DNA of 64,000 bases from NCBI GenBank assembly GCA_003971905.1, contig RSEE01000136.1:62001-126000 (forward strand), given 5' to 3'. This DNA comes from Moniliella sp. 'wahieum' (taxonomy: Eukaryota). This document shows positions 62,621 through 64,000 of this stretch, in pieces. The notes below the pieces were generated by a model that saw only the letters and a program-made list of their open reading frames with translations, made no database searches and was not told where the DNA came from. The stretch's first letter is position 1. Every line of letters starts with the position of its first letter. A program made the translations under genes and the position numbers.

Positions 62621-64000
62621 TCCGTGGGCGATGGGTATTATACAAATTCCTGATCGATCACTAGCACTGTTGATGCATCTCAATCTGGCGCAGCATGATG
62701 CATGACACCACTTTCTCATTCTTCCCTTGGTTCTTCCACTTTTTTCTTGATTATGGACACCGCAATTCGTCTTCTTTCACGGCCCTGTTGTTGCCTTTGC
62801 GGTTTTCCTCGCAAGAAGGTGCTGGAACGCTGCACCGGTACGATACCGTCCCTGAATAGGTTTTTTCCATTATATATGCCAACAAACCGTTTAAGGTTTC
62901 TATGCGTTGTTCCCAAACCAACCACCCCCCCCCCTCCTCTCCTTCCTAACGAGGGTGATCAGTAACCAAGCCCCTCCCACCCGCGCCCCCTCCGGGGGTT
63001 TTTATGAGAACCGAACCCATTGCATATAACTTTCTTTTTTGCTCTCAGAGTCAGACCCTGAAGCTCGAAATTGACCCTTTTTATTACCTGAGAGATGGCC
63101 ATCGATCAGGGTCGGTAACCGGTAAACCCTCACATAGCCCATACATGCAACTACGATAGCCTATTCTCCAGTGGTTGTGGTACAGATTGTGAAAAAAGAA
63201 CGGGGGAAGAGCACTCGGGCATCCTACGGGTTGCCTACAGGTATAAGGCGTGAAGGTCACGCGGTGAGCACCAGCTTTCTTCAGGGAACGTCGGAATACT
63301 ATAGGGGAGGAAACAGGAGAATGATAGGGGAGGCATGCAGACAGGGCAGCTGAGGTGGGTGACATGTGACATCTGCATAATTGGAGCGAGCAGCGGGATG
63401 CGTACTGATACTACTAACCTTCTGCGAGCGGAAGCGGAACTCTTTCGCCCCCGGTCAACGTGTGAGCTTCTAAGGGCCGTGCAGGGGGAAACAAGAGGGA
63501 GAACAGGGAGATCCCAAAGTTAAGCACTGCTCTACTTCTTACATCTCCGTGGTACATCTGCGTCGCTAGTAGTAACTAGTCACTAGTCACTAGTCACTCT
63601 ATAGATAGTGACAACGAGTAACGATGATAAAACGAGAGTAGTTATATAATAACCTAGTGACGGGACTAGTCATTAGACACTGATAGCCCACACGGCCATC
63701 TGCCCGGCGCTGGCCTTGCGTATCTCGAACCCAACTTGCTTGTAGATCGAAGATCCTGCACCCCGAACATCCTTTTGGCATGCTACAGCAATACGTGATG
63801 ATGAAGGGCAACCTAACTACTAGGCCAATAGGGCCCAAGTGCTATTGACCAACCCCGCGTTTTGGGTGGATCGATCATGGAGATTCGGTGTGAGATCTGT
63901 GAGATCTGAGATGTGTGAAAAGGGTGCAGTGGTTCAAACCTAGATCCTGTCGGGAGTAACTAATAGCGCGCAACGCGTACCCCGCATGTGGACGAAGGAG

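Overview
Eukaryotic, GC-rich fungal DNA. Basidiomycete, probably Ustilaginomycotina, is my inference from protein style and few short introns with GTACGT/GTGCGT donors and CTRAC branch points. Nearly every gene is broken by single-base deletions, mostly in homopolymers, the signature of an unpolished long-read assembly, so gene models were stitched by eye across frames. Recognisable genes: nrc-2/Fpk1-type AGC kinase, secreted GPI-type protein, LtrA-family membrane protein, NAPE-PLD-like metallo-beta-lactamase, Vps54 with a long repetitive tail, Ypq-type PQ-loop transporter, Mn-SOD, intron-containing tRNA-Arg(ACG), cytochrome b5-like heme/steroid-binding protein, complex I 49-kDa subunit, LIM/C1/RhoGAP protein, HSL-family lipase, apparently 5'-truncated cystinosin-like gene, homoisocitrate dehydrogenase and tannase/feruloyl esterase. 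Two unassigned genes encode a repeat-built acidic protein and a protein with a possible FAR1/WRKY-GCM1-like zinc finger. The most striking unexplained signal is non-coding: dispersed intergenic arrays with 7-nt periodicity, built from A-N4-T hexameric palindromes plus one spacer base. I saw 14 of the 16 possible hexamers in such arrays, sometimes with different palindromes chained in one register.
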